A stretch of DNA of 64,000 nucleotides, taken from assembly GCA_041164245.1 (NCBI GenBank), contig JBEAPU010000055.1, positions 5,114-69,113 on the forward strand, written 5' to 3'. A program made the translations under genes and the position numbers. Below the pieces are notes generated by a model, which searched no databases, was not told the DNA's origin, and saw only the letters and a list, made by a program, of their open reading frames with translations. Positions 36,823-45,701 of the stretch are shown one piece after another (the first letter of the stretch is position 1; every line of letters begins with the position of its first letter). The DNA is from Actinomycetota bacterium (GTDB lineage: Bacteria > Actinomycetota > Acidimicrobiia > Acidimicrobiales > Ilumatobacteraceae).

Positions 36823-38028
36823 ATGGAGTTCCGGCGCATCACGAACCTTCCCCCGTACGTGTTCACGATCATCAACGGATTGAAGATCGAGGCGCGCCAT
36901 CGCGGGGCCGACGTGATCGACCTCGGTTTCGGCAACCCCGATCTCCCGTCGCCCGACATCGCCGTCGCCAAGTTGGCCGAAGCGGCGAGGAACCCCCGCA
37001 ACCACCGGTACTCGCTCAGCCGTGGCCTGCCCCGTCTGCGGGAGGAGGTCGCGAAGTACTACAAGGCCAACTGGGACGTCGACCTCGACCCCGACCTCGA
37101 GATCACCAACACGATCGGCTCCAAGGAGGGTTTCTCGCACCTGATGTGGGTGCTCCTCGACCGGGGTGACGCGGCGATCGTGCCGACGCCGAGCTACCCG
37201 ATCCACATGTACGGTCCGCTCTTCGCGGGCGCCGACCTGCGTCAGGTCCCGATGCGTGGACTCAGCCATCACGAGGAGCGCTCGAACTTCGCCGAGGAGT
37301 TCTTCGACAACCTCCATCGCGCCTACGACCTCGGGTGGCCCAAGCCGCGGGTCCTCGTGATCTCCTTCCCGCACAACCCGACCGGGGCGTGCGTCGACCT
37401 CGACTTCATGCAGCGTGTCGTCGACTTCTGCCGGGAGCGCCAGATGGTCGTCGTCCACGACTTCGCCTACGCCGACGTCGGGTTCGACGGGGTGAAGCCC
37501 CCGAGCATCCTCCAGGCCGAGGGTGCCAAGGAGGTCGCGGTCGAGCAGTACTCCATGACCAAGAGCTTCTCGATGGCGGGTTGGCGCACGGCGTTCATGG
37601 TCGGCAGTCCGGAGGTCGTCCAGGCGCTGGTGAAGCTGAAGAGCTATCTCGACTACGGGATGTTCCAGCCCGTCCAGATCGCGGCGACCGTCACCTTCCG
37701 GGAGGCGGCCGACTACCCGAAGGAGATCTGCGCGATCTACGAGAGTCGGTGCGACGCCCTGATCGACGGTCTCGGCAAACTCGGCTGGGACGTCCCGCGA
37801 CCCGGTGGGACGATGTTCGTCTGGGCGCCGATCCCCGAGGCCTACGCCGAGATGGACTCGGTGGAGTTCTGCTCGATGTTGGTGCGCGAGTGCGACGTCG
37901 CCCTCTCACCGGGGGTCGGCTTCGGGCCGGGGGGAGAGGGCTATGTGCGCTTCGCGCTGATCGAGAACGAGCAGCGGATCGCCCAGGCGATGCGCAACCT
38001 GCGGCGTGGCCTGACCCGCCTCGGTTGA
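36823..38028 (+). CDS. class I/II PLP-dependent aminotransferase (alanine/aspartate type)
   Basis: ITNLPPYVFTIING, FPHNPTG and SMTKSFSMAGWR (PLP lysine). Confidence 0.85.
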   Translation: MEFRRITNLPPYVFTIINGLKIEARHRGADVIDLGFGNPDLPSPDIAVAKLAEAARNPRNHRYSLSRGLPRLREEVAKYYKANWDVDLDPDLEITNTIGSKEGFSHLMWVLLDRGDAAIVPTPSYPIHMYGPLFAGADLRQVPMRGLSHHEERSNFAEEFFDNLHRAYDLGWPKPRVLVISFPHNPTGACVDLDFMQRVVDFCRERQMVVVHDFAYADVGFDGVKPPSILQAEGAKEVAVEQYSMTKSFSMAGWRTAFMVGSPEVVQALVKLKSYLDYGMFQPVQIAATVTFREAADYPKEICAIYESRCDALIDGLGKLGWDVPRPGGTMFVWAPIPEAYAEMDSVEFCSMLVRECDVALSPGVGFGPGGEGYVRFALIENEQRIAQAMRNLRRGLTRLG

Positions 38029-38108
38029 GCTGCGCCGGGAACGGCGCGTCACGCGGAACGCGCCGACTCGTCACGCTCCCGTCACGGGACGGGCCTAGCC
38101 TTCGCGGC

Positions 38109-38729
38109 GTGCACACCATCGTCGTCCGGGTCTGGCTGCCCGACCGCCCGGGTGCGCTCGGCCAGGTGGCGAGTCGCATCGGTGCGGTCCGGGGCGACGT
38201 GCTCGGCATCGAGGTGCTCGAGAGCGGGGCGGGGAACGTCATCGACGAGCTGGTCGTGCGGCTTCCCGACGAGCAGGTCGTCGACCTCATGGTCTCCGAG
38301 GTCGATGCGGTGGACGGCGTGAGCGTCGAGCACGTCCGCAGTCTCGACGGTGGGCACATCGACCCCGACATGGCGGCGCTGACCCTCGTCGCCGAGGTCG
38401 CCGAACTGCCGCCGGAGCAGCGGATCGGGGCCCTCGTACGCGGCCTCCACGTGCTGACCGGGGCGACGTGGTCCGCAGCCCTCGATGGAGTCGATGCCGT
38501 GGCCACGTCCGGTCCGGTCCCCGACCTGGCCTTCATCCGGGCCCTGCGCGACGGGAGCGGGCACCTCGGGGATGCCGCACCGATGTCGAGCGAGCTGTTC
38601 TGGGAGGAGGTCGCCGGGGTCGCACTCGTCGCCGGGCGGGACGACCGGCCGATCCACACCCGCGAACGGTCACGGGTGGCCCTCGTCGCGCGGATCGCCG
38701 GGAGCCTGCTGGCAGCACCGGGGTCCTGA
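38109..38729 (+). CDS. ACT-domain-containing protein
   Basis: VHTIVVRVWLPDRPGALGQVASRIGAVRGDVLGIEV is an ACT-like fold signature. GTG 38109. Confidence 0.6.
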   Translation: MHTIVVRVWLPDRPGALGQVASRIGAVRGDVLGIEVLESGAGNVIDELVVRLPDEQVVDLMVSEVDAVDGVSVEHVRSLDGGHIDPDMAALTLVAEVAELPPEQRIGALVRGLHVLTGATWSAALDGVDAVATSGPVPDLAFIRALRDGSGHLGDAAPMSSELFWEEVAGVALVAGRDDRPIHTRERSRVALVARIAGSLLAAPGS

Positions 38730-38737
38730 TCGTCCGA

Positions 38738-40231
38738 TCAGGCCCAGTCTCGGGAGCGCTGCACGGCGCGGGACCACTGCTCGTGGAGGGCATCGGCCCC
38801 GGAACGATCGGCGGACGGCTCGAACTGGGCGTCGAGTTCCCATGCCTCGGCGAGCTCATCGAGGTCGGCCCACACCCCCTCGGCGAGGCCCGCGAGTCGA
38901 GCGGCCCCGAGGGCGGTCGTCTCGTGGTCCACGGGACGCCGGACCGGCACGCCGAGCTGGTCGGCCTGGATGCGCAGGAGGAGGTCCATCACCGAGGCAC
39001 CGCCGTCGACCCGCAGGTCGGCGATGTCGACGCCCGAGGCCGACGTCATGGCGTCGACGACGTCACGGGTCTGCAGCGCCATCGACTCGACGACGGCGCG
39101 CGCCAGGTGGGCGGCGCTCGATCCCCGGGTCAGACCACAGATCGTCCCCCTCGCCGCCGGGTCCCACCATGGCGAGCCGAGCCCGGCGAAGGCCGGCACG
39201 ATGACCACCCCGCCAGAGTCGTCCACCGATGCCGCCAGCGGACCCACCTCGTGGGACTCGGCGATGATCCCGAGACCGTCCCGCAGCCATTGGACGGCGG
39301 CACCGGTGACGAAGATCGACCCCTCGAGCGCGTAGTGCACGGTCCCGTCGGCGAGTTCCCAGGCGATCGTGGTCAGCATCCCCGGTGTCGGCGGCGGGCA
39401 GTCGGTGCCGACGTTGAGCAGCACGAAGCTGCCGGTCCCGTAGGTGTTCTTCGCCATGCCGGGTTCGAAGCAGGCCTGACCGAACAGGGCCGCCTGCTGG
39501 TCGCCGGCGATCCCGCTGATCGGGATGCCCGCGGGGAGTCCCGACGCGGGGTGGGTCGTGCCGAGGCGCCCACTGGACGGGCGCACATCGGGGAGCATGC
39601 CCATCGGGATGCCGAGCATCGCGCACAGGTCCGGGTCCCAGCGGCGGGCGGTGATGTCGAACAGCATCGTCCGGGACGCGTTCGAGACGTCGGTGGCGTG
39701 GACCTCGCCGCCGGTGAGTCGCCACAGGATCCACGAGTCGATCGTCCCGACGGCGGTCGAGTCCCCGGCGGGGATCGGTCGGTTACCGAGCAGCCACTCG
39801 ATCTTGGTGCCGCTGAAGTAGGGGTCGAGCACGAGTCCGGTCCGCGACCGGACGAGGTCGAGCATGCCCGCTGACTCGAGGTCGGCGCAGCGTTCGGCGG
39901 TCCGACGGTCCTGCCAGACGATCGCCGTCCCGTACGGGGAACCGCTGGCCCGATCCCAGGCCAGCACGGTCTCCCGCTGGTTCGTGATCCCGATCGCCGC
40001 CACGTGGTCGATGCCGACCCGCTCGAGCACGGCGGTGACGGTGGCGACGACCGCCGACCAGATCTCCTCGGGGTCGTGCTCGACCAGACCCGGTCGCGGG
40101 AAGATCTGGGTGAACTCGCGGTACTCCGCCTCCGGCTGTCGCCCGTCACGGTGCACAGAGCGGGCCCGGACGCCGGTGGTCCCGGCGTCGATCGCGATCA
40201 CGCACGTGTCATCCGATGGTGTCGTCGACAT
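38738..40231 (-). CDS. glpK: glycerol kinase
   Basis: Start ATG 40231. IAIDAGTTGVR, GITNQRETVLAWD...IVWQDRRT and NTYGTGSF. The N-terminal part of the 924-aa ORF is antisense to pfkA. Confidence 0.92.
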   Translation of the reverse strand: MSTTPSDDTCVIAIDAGTTGVRARSVHRDGRQPEAEYREFTQIFPRPGLVEHDPEEIWSAVVATVTAVLERVGIDHVAAIGITNQRETVLAWDRASGSPYGTAIVWQDRRTAERCADLESAGMLDLVRSRTGLVLDPYFSGTKIEWLLGNRPIPAGDSTAVGTIDSWILWRLTGGEVHATDVSNASRTMLFDITARRWDPDLCAMLGIPMGMLPDVRPSSGRLGTTHPASGLPAGIPISGIAGDQQAALFGQACFEPGMAKNTYGTGSFVLLNVGTDCPPPTPGMLTTIAWELADGTVHYALEGSIFVTGAAVQWLRDGLGIIAESHEVGPLAASVDDSGGVVIVPAFAGLGSPWWDPAARGTICGLTRGSSAAHLARAVVESMALQTRDVVDAMTSASGVDIADLRVDGGASVMDLLLRIQADQLGVPVRRPVDHETTALGAARLAGLAEGVWADLDELAEAWELDAQFEPSADRSGADALHEQWSRAVQRSRDWA

Positions 40232-40254
40232 GCCCGAAGGGTAGCGAAGCGTCC

Positions 40255-40575
40255 TCAACGCCGCCGGCGGGGTGTGCCGCCGCCCGTGCGGCGGGTCGGC
40301 GCCGGTCGCGATCGACTCGCCGCGGTCGCGTTCGGAGCGCCGGCGCCCCGGTCGGTCGTGGGCCGGCGGAGACGCTGGCGCTGGTACCCGAACTTGGCGA
40401 GCACGGCCCCGACCCCGAGGTACAACGGCCCACTCACGAGGAGTCCGGCGATGGCGCCCACCCGGCTGTCGGCGTCCACGACGAGCAGCAGGATGAGGAT
40501 CATGACGGCGACGTACAGGAGCCACTCGCGCACCAGCCGGCGCCACGGGACCGGGCGGGTCGAATCCCATGCCAT
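40255..40575 (-). CDS. small membrane protein with Arg-rich tail
   Basis: Two hydrophobic segments (LLYVAVMILILLLVV, IAGLLVSGPLYLGVGAVLA). No homology recognisable. Confidence 0.45.
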   Translation of the reverse strand: MAWDSTRPVPWRRLVREWLLYVAVMILILLLVVDADSRVGAIAGLLVSGPLYLGVGAVLAKFGYQRQRLRRPTTDRGAGAPNATAASRSRPAPTRRTGGGTPRRRR

Positions 40576-40612
40576 GGCCCCGTTCTAGCAGGCCGATGCC
40601 TAGGCTTGCCGG

Positions 40613-41647
40613 GTGCGAGTCGGGGTGCTCACCGGTGGGGGCGACTGCCCGGGGCTCAATGCCGTGATCCGGGCCATCGTCCGCAAGGGTGAACGCGTCC
40701 ATGGCGACGAGATCGTCGGATTCCTCGACGCCTGGGACGGGGTCATGGGCCGTCGCACGGTCCCGTTGACGGTCGAGAGCATGCGCGGGACCCTCCCGCG
40801 CGGTGGGACCGTCCTCGGCACGCGTCGCGGGAGTCCCTTCGACCACGAGGACGGGGTTGAGCGGGTTCGGGCGACGCTCGGCGACTTCGGGCTCGACGGG
40901 CTGATCGTGATCGGCGGCAACGGGTCCTTGAGCGTCGCCGACCTCCTGCACCGGGAGCACGGGATACCGGTGCTCGGCGTGCCCAAGACGATCGACAACG
41001 ACATCTGCGGCACCGACCTCACGTTCGGGTTCACGACGGCGGTGCAGATCGCCACCGACGCGATCGATCGACTGCACACCACGGCCGAGAGCCACGACCG
41101 GGTCATGGTGGTCGAGGTCATGGGCCGGCACAGCGGGTGGATCGCGACCCACGCCGGCATCGCCGGAGGGGCCACGGTCGTCCTGATCCCGGAGCGTCCC
41201 TTCGACGTCGCGGAGGTGTGCGAGCGTCTGACCCGGCGCCACTCGCGGGGCCGGTACGCGTCGATCGTCGTGGTCGCCGAGGGTGCCGTCCCGCGCGACG
41301 GGACCCTCGACCTCGGCGACCGTGCCGTCGACCGGTTCGGTCACGTGCGCCTCGGGGGCATCGGGAACGTGCTCGCCGACGAGATCGGTCGCCGCACGGG
41401 CTTCGAGACCCGTCCCGTGCTCCTCGGCCATGTCCAGCGAGGTGGCACCCCGACGGCCTTCGACCGGGTCCTGTCGACGCGCTTCGGCGTGGCTGCCATC
41501 GACGCCGCCCACGCCGGCGAGTGGGGGAGCATGGTCGCTCTGCGCGGCGACGTCATCGAGACGGTGCCACTCGGGGTCGCGGCGGGTCGCACCCGTCCGG
41601 TCGACCTCGACCTGTTCAGCGGGGTCGCCGAGATCTTCTTCGCCTGA
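40613..41647 (+). CDS. pfkA: 6-phosphofructokinase (ATP- or PPi-dependent not resolved)
   Basis: MRVGVLTGGGDCPGLNAVIR, GVPKTIDNDI and MGRHSGW. Confidence 0.9.
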   Translation: MRVGVLTGGGDCPGLNAVIRAIVRKGERVHGDEIVGFLDAWDGVMGRRTVPLTVESMRGTLPRGGTVLGTRRGSPFDHEDGVERVRATLGDFGLDGLIVIGGNGSLSVADLLHREHGIPVLGVPKTIDNDICGTDLTFGFTTAVQIATDAIDRLHTTAESHDRVMVVEVMGRHSGWIATHAGIAGGATVVLIPERPFDVAEVCERLTRRHSRGRYASIVVVAEGAVPRDGTLDLGDRAVDRFGHVRLGGIGNVLADEIGRRTGFETRPVLLGHVQRGGTPTAFDRVLSTRFGVAAIDAAHAGEWGSMVALRGDVIETVPLGVAAGRTRPVDLDLFSGVAEIFFA

Positions 41648-41660
41648 GCGGCTCCGTCGC

Positions 41661-42272
41661 TCAGCCGGATCGGGTCAGGGCCGGATAGGCCGGCTGGGAG
41701 GAGGCGATCAGTCTCCAGTAGTCGTAGATCCGGAGCAGGCCGGTGGTCGTCGTGCCGTCCGCCCGGGGGAGGGGGAATCGTTCGCCGTCGACGGTGATCT
41801 GCACGGTGTCGATGCCGTCGACGTCGTCGGCGGTCACGACCACCTGGGCGACGGCGAGCATCAACCCGTCACCGGACAGGTCCGTCAGGTCACCCGACAC
41901 GTCGAGGTAGAGGACGGCACCGACCTGCCTCGCCGAGCCGATGACGAGGTCACCGGGCACGGCCGAGGTGATCTGCAGGGCGGACTCGCCCTCGGTCGGC
42001 CCGGCGATCAGGGTCTCGACGAGGGAGCGAACGTTGTCGGCCTCGCGTCGCACCGAACGCAGGAGGCGCGGTTCGCCCGGGGCGAGGAGGTAGACGCGGC
42101 TCGCCCCGTCGGTCGCCTCGAGTGCCGGGTCGCCGGCTGGAGTCAGGGAGCGGTCCTCGACCGGCACGTCACGCGGGGCGGAGTCGGGCGGGATGCCACA
42201 GGCTGCGAGGAGGGCCGACGCCAGTGCCAGCACGCTGACGCGGGCCGTCCGCCGTGTGTGGCGGTGGCTCAT
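41661..42272 (-). CDS. GerMN-like lipoprotein (short LpqB-like)
   Basis: Lipobox LLAAC after a basic N-terminus. ATG 42272 overlaps the mtrB stop. Position downstream of mtrAB matches lpqB, but the protein is only about 203 aa. Confidence 0.55.
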   Translation of the reverse strand: MSHRHTRRTARVSVLALASALLAACGIPPDSAPRDVPVEDRSLTPAGDPALEATDGASRVYLLAPGEPRLLRSVRREADNVRSLVETLIAGPTEGESALQITSAVPGDLVIGSARQVGAVLYLDVSGDLTDLSGDGLMLAVAQVVVTADDVDGIDTVQITVDGERFPLPRADGTTTTGLLRIYDYWRLIASSQPAYPALTRSG

Positions 42273-43768
42273 TCGGCCTCGACCTCCTCGGCGGGCAGTT
42301 CGATGACGAAGCGCGCCCCGTTCCGGTCCGGTCCCCGGTCCTCGACCCACACCTCACCACCGTGCATCCGCACGTGCTCCGCAACGAGGGCGAGTCCGAG
42401 ACCGGCGCCGTCGTTCCCGCTGCGACGTCCAGCCCCACCGCCGCGGGCGAAACGCTCGAAGATCAGTGACCGCTCGTCCTCCGGGACGCCCGGTCCCTCG
42501 TCATCCACGATGATGCGGACGCGGGTCCCCCCGGGTCCGGCGTCGGTCGACTCGTCGGCGGCGGCGTGGGTCGAGATCGTGACGCGGGCCCGGCCGCCAC
42601 CGTGGACCCGGGCGTTGTCGATCAGGTTGGCGACGGCGCGTGCGAGTCGTCGGCGGTCACCGGTGATGATCGTCCGGTCGGCGCTCACCGAACTGGTGAG
42701 TGAGGTGTCGGGCATGCTGCTCACGGCGATCGCCTGTTGGACGAACTGGGTGGTGAGCAACTCCTCGAAGTGCATCCGGACCGCTCCGGCGTCGAAGCGC
42801 GAGATCTCCAGCAGGTCCTCGACGAGGGTCCGGAAGCGACTGACGTCGCTGCGCAGGAGGTCGACGGCCGCCTGGGCGCGCTCGGGCATCTCGTGTCGTC
42901 GACCCTCGATGACCTCGATCGAGGCGGCGAGCGTCATGAGAGGTGAGCGGAGTTCGTGGCTCACGTCGGACGCGAACCGGGCGTCGCGTTCGATGCGGCG
43001 CTGGAGGGCCTCGGCCATGTCGTTGAAGGAGCGCGCCAGGACGCCGAGGTCGGGGTCCTCGCTCGGTTCGAGGCGGGTGCCGAGGTGCCCTCCGGCGATC
43101 GCCTTGGCGGCGAGTGCGGCATCGGCGACGGGGCGGACGGCTCGGCGCGCCGCGAAGGTGCCGACGATGATGCCGAGCACGATCGTGATGAGACAGGCGA
43201 GGTACAGCGACAGGCGGACGCTGCCCAGTGTCGCTGCGACCTCATCGAGGCTGAAGAATTCGAAGTAGGCCGCGTCGTTGGCCAGTGGCCACCCGACGAC
43301 GATCGACGGGTCCCCCTCGACCTCGACGATCATGCGGGCCGGGACGGTGTCCTCGACGACCCGGTCGACGAGGGGCTGGGGGAGGGCGGTCTCCCGGTAG
43401 CGGCCGCTCCCCGGACTCCACTGCCCGCCGTACCAGACCACTGCCCGCTGCACACCGAAGGCCTCGAGCGCGTCGACGGCCGGCTGGAAGTCGGTGGCGG
43501 GGCCGCGCAGGCTGGCCTGCACCGTCTGGGCGTTGCGCCGGGACGTGTCGATGCTCGCCGCCTCCCGCTGCTGGACGACGTTCGAGCGAGCGAGACCGTA
43601 CGTGGTGACGGCCAGCAGCAGGGCGAGGAAGGTCGAACCGAATGTGAAGCTGAAGAGGATCCGGCGACGCAGGCCCCACGGGGCCCGGCGGCTCAGCCGG
43701 GCCGGCGGTGCGTCACCCTCGTCCGCGTCGGGCACCGGACCGGGGCTGGTCGGGGCCGAGTCGGTCAC
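42269..43768 (-). CDS. mtrB: sensor histidine kinase (MtrB-like)
   Basis: Two TM segments, a HAMP region, an H-box FASDVSHELRSPL, and N/G boxes in the C-terminus. GTG 43768 overlaps the mtrA stop. Confidence 0.8.
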   Translation of the reverse strand: MTDSAPTSPGPVPDADEGDAPPARLSRRAPWGLRRRILFSFTFGSTFLALLLAVTTYGLARSNVVQQREAASIDTSRRNAQTVQASLRGPATDFQPAVDALEAFGVQRAVVWYGGQWSPGSGRYRETALPQPLVDRVVEDTVPARMIVEVEGDPSIVVGWPLANDAAYFEFFSLDEVAATLGSVRLSLYLACLITIVLGIIVGTFAARRAVRPVADAALAAKAIAGGHLGTRLEPSEDPDLGVLARSFNDMAEALQRRIERDARFASDVSHELRSPLMTLAASIEVIEGRRHEMPERAQAAVDLLRSDVSRFRTLVEDLLEISRFDAGAVRMHFEELLTTQFVQQAIAVSSMPDTSLTSSVSADRTIITGDRRRLARAVANLIDNARVHGGGRARVTISTHAAADESTDAGPGGTRVRIIVDDEGPGVPEDERSLIFERFARGGGAGRRSGNDGAGLGLALVAEHVRMHGGEVWVEDRGPDRNGARFVIELPAEEVEAE

Positions 43769-44445
43769 GTCTGCAATCGGTAGCCGAGACCGCGAACCGT
43801 CACGACATGGCGCGGATTCGCCGGATCGGCCTCGATCTTGGTGCGCAACCGGCGCACGTGGACATCGACGAGCCGGCCGTCACCGAAGTAGTCGTAACCC
43901 CAGACCTTGTCGAGGAGCGCCTCGCGACTGAACACCTTCCCCGGGTTGTCGGCGAGCTCGCACAGCAGGCGGAACTCGGTCTTGGTCAGATGGATCTCGA
44001 CCCCGTCGCGCACCACCTTGCCCTCATCGGGGATCAGTTCGAGGTCGCCGAAGACGAGACGGGCGTGCGGCGTGGCCGAGGGGCGGACCCGGCGCAGGAG
44101 TGCCCTGATCCGAGCCGACAGTTCCTTGGGGGCGAAGGGCTTCGTGAGGTAGTCGTCCGCTCCGGCCTCGAGGCCCGCCACGATGTCATGGGTGTCGTTG
44201 CGCGCGGTCACCATCACCACCGGCACATCGCTCGACCGGCGCAGGGTGCGGCACAACTCGAACCCGTCGATGCCCGGGAGCATGATGTCGATGAGCACGA
44301 CATCGGGCGGTCGCAGTTGGAACACACCGATCGCCTCCTCGCCGCTTCCGGCCTCGTCGACGACCCATCCCTCGTCCTCGAGGGCCAGGCGCACGGCGGA
44401 GCGGATGCGTTCGTCGTCCTCGACGGCCAGGATGCGGGTTCCCAC
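43765..44445 (-). CDS. mtrA: OmpR-family response regulator (MtrA-like)
   Basis: Receiver domain ILAVEDD...VVLIDIMLPGIDG and winged helix VRGLGYRL. Confidence 0.85.
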   Translation of the reverse strand: MGTRILAVEDDERIRSAVRLALEDEGWVVDEAGSGEEAIGVFQLRPPDVVLIDIMLPGIDGFELCRTLRRSSDVPVVMVTARNDTHDIVAGLEAGADDYLTKPFAPKELSARIRALLRRVRPSATPHARLVFGDLELIPDEGKVVRDGVEIHLTKTEFRLLCELADNPGKVFSREALLDKVWGYDYFGDGRLVDVHVRRLRTKIEADPANPRHVVTVRGLGYRLQT

Positions 44446-44518
44446 CCCGCCATTGTGGCCCAGCGGGTGGCCGACCGCGGCACACCGGCCCGAGCCCGGT
44501 CGGCTCCTGCCCGTTCGG

Positions 44519-45340
44519 TCAGGCGTCGCCGATCTCGCGCAGCGCCTCGACGAGTGCCCCGTGGATGCCCGGCGCAGCGACCACGACGTCGTCGGCCCTC
44601 ACCGGTCGACCTCGGGAATCCGATGCCACCGCACCGGCCTCGGCGCAGATGAGCAGTCCGGCTGCGACGTCCCAGTCGTTCACCGAGTCCTCGACGTAGG
44701 CATCGACCCGCCCGCAGGCGACGGTGCACAGGTCGTAGGCGGCCGAACCGGATCGGCGCAGGTCGCGGACGCAGGGGAGCAGTGCGGCCATCCGACGCCC
44801 CTGCCTCGCCCGGTGGGCCGCCTCGTAGGCGAAGCCCGTGGCGACCAGGGCCCGCGACAGGTCACCGGCGGTCGATGCCGAGATCGGGTTCGCACCGAGG
44901 GCGGCGCCCCGGCCGGCCCCGGCGTGGAAGGTCTCACCGGCGGAGGGGACGTGCACCGCTCCGGCGAGTATCCGGCCCGGCGACCCGCTGGCGGCGACCC
45001 GCACGGCAACCGAGGTGCACCATGCCGGCAGGTCGTAGACGAAGTTCGTGGTCCCGTCGATCGGGTCGATCACCCACTCGAGCCCGGAGGTCCCGGCCCG
45101 GGCCGGGTGCTCCTCGCCGAGGATGGCGTCATCGGGGCGGGCCAGGAGGAGTCGGGAGCGGATGTGCTCCTCCGCCGCGTGGTCGAACCGTGTCACGAGG
45201 TCGGTCGGCGAACTCTTCGTGTCGGGCCGCACACCGTGGTCGCGCCGCCCCGTGAGCGCGAGGGCCCCGGCGGACTCGGCGAGGTCGATGCACAACCGGC
45301 GCAGTCGGTCGATGTCGGAGGCGGTCGAAGGGTCGCTCAC
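44519..45340 (-). CDS. inositol monophosphatase family protein
   Basis: ILGEE and WVIDPIDGTTNF motifs. GTG 45340. Confidence 0.85.
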   Translation of the reverse strand: MSDPSTASDIDRLRRLCIDLAESAGALALTGRRDHGVRPDTKSSPTDLVTRFDHAAEEHIRSRLLLARPDDAILGEEHPARAGTSGLEWVIDPIDGTTNFVYDLPAWCTSVAVRVAASGSPGRILAGAVHVPSAGETFHAGAGRGAALGANPISASTAGDLSRALVATGFAYEAAHRARQGRRMAALLPCVRDLRRSGSAAYDLCTVACGRVDAYVEDSVNDWDVAAGLLICAEAGAVASDSRGRPVRADDVVVAAPGIHGALVEALREIGDA

Positions 45341-45630
45341 GGTGCGTGGCCGGCGCGCTCACGGTCCCGGATCTCGTGCCACTCACCCATGGCGCGCAGA
45401 GCGAGGACCGACACGATGGCCATCCCGGCGGCGATGACGACCGAACCGGCGAGGAGGCCGAGTCCGTTCGGCACGGCGCATCCACCGGTGCACTGCACGG
45501 CGACGATCGTGTGACCGAGCACGCCGCCGACGAGACCGCCGAGGAGGACGGCGACGAAGGCGGTGGTGCGGGCCACCCGTGGTGGGATGGCCGACAGCGG
45601 ACGCGGGTCGGGCGATCGGTGGCGAGCCAT
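45337..45630 (-). CDS. small membrane protein
   Basis: 97 aa with two hydrophobic segments. Its stop overlaps the downstream GTG (tcac). Confidence 0.45.
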   Translation of the reverse strand: MARHRSPDPRPLSAIPPRVARTTAFVAVLLGGLVGGVLGHTIVAVQCTGGCAVPNGLGLLAGSVVIAAGMAIVSVLALRAMGEWHEIRDRERAGHAP

Positions 45631-45701
45631 GCGGCAACGGTAGCGGTGGCCGCTGCGATACTGCCCGTGTGGGTCCGTCTCCCGGCGCGACGAGGGCGAT
45701 C

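Noticed and set aside
38738-41512. 924-aa minus-strand ORF extending glpK upstream
   Set aside because: GlpK begins at ATG 40231 with the canonical IAIDAGTTG N-terminus. The upstream 427 aa are antisense to pfkA and cross a separate small membrane-protein gene.
45631-45701. SOS box upstream of dinB
   Set aside because: No GAAC-N4-GTTC or similar palindrome is present in the 70-bp upstream region.
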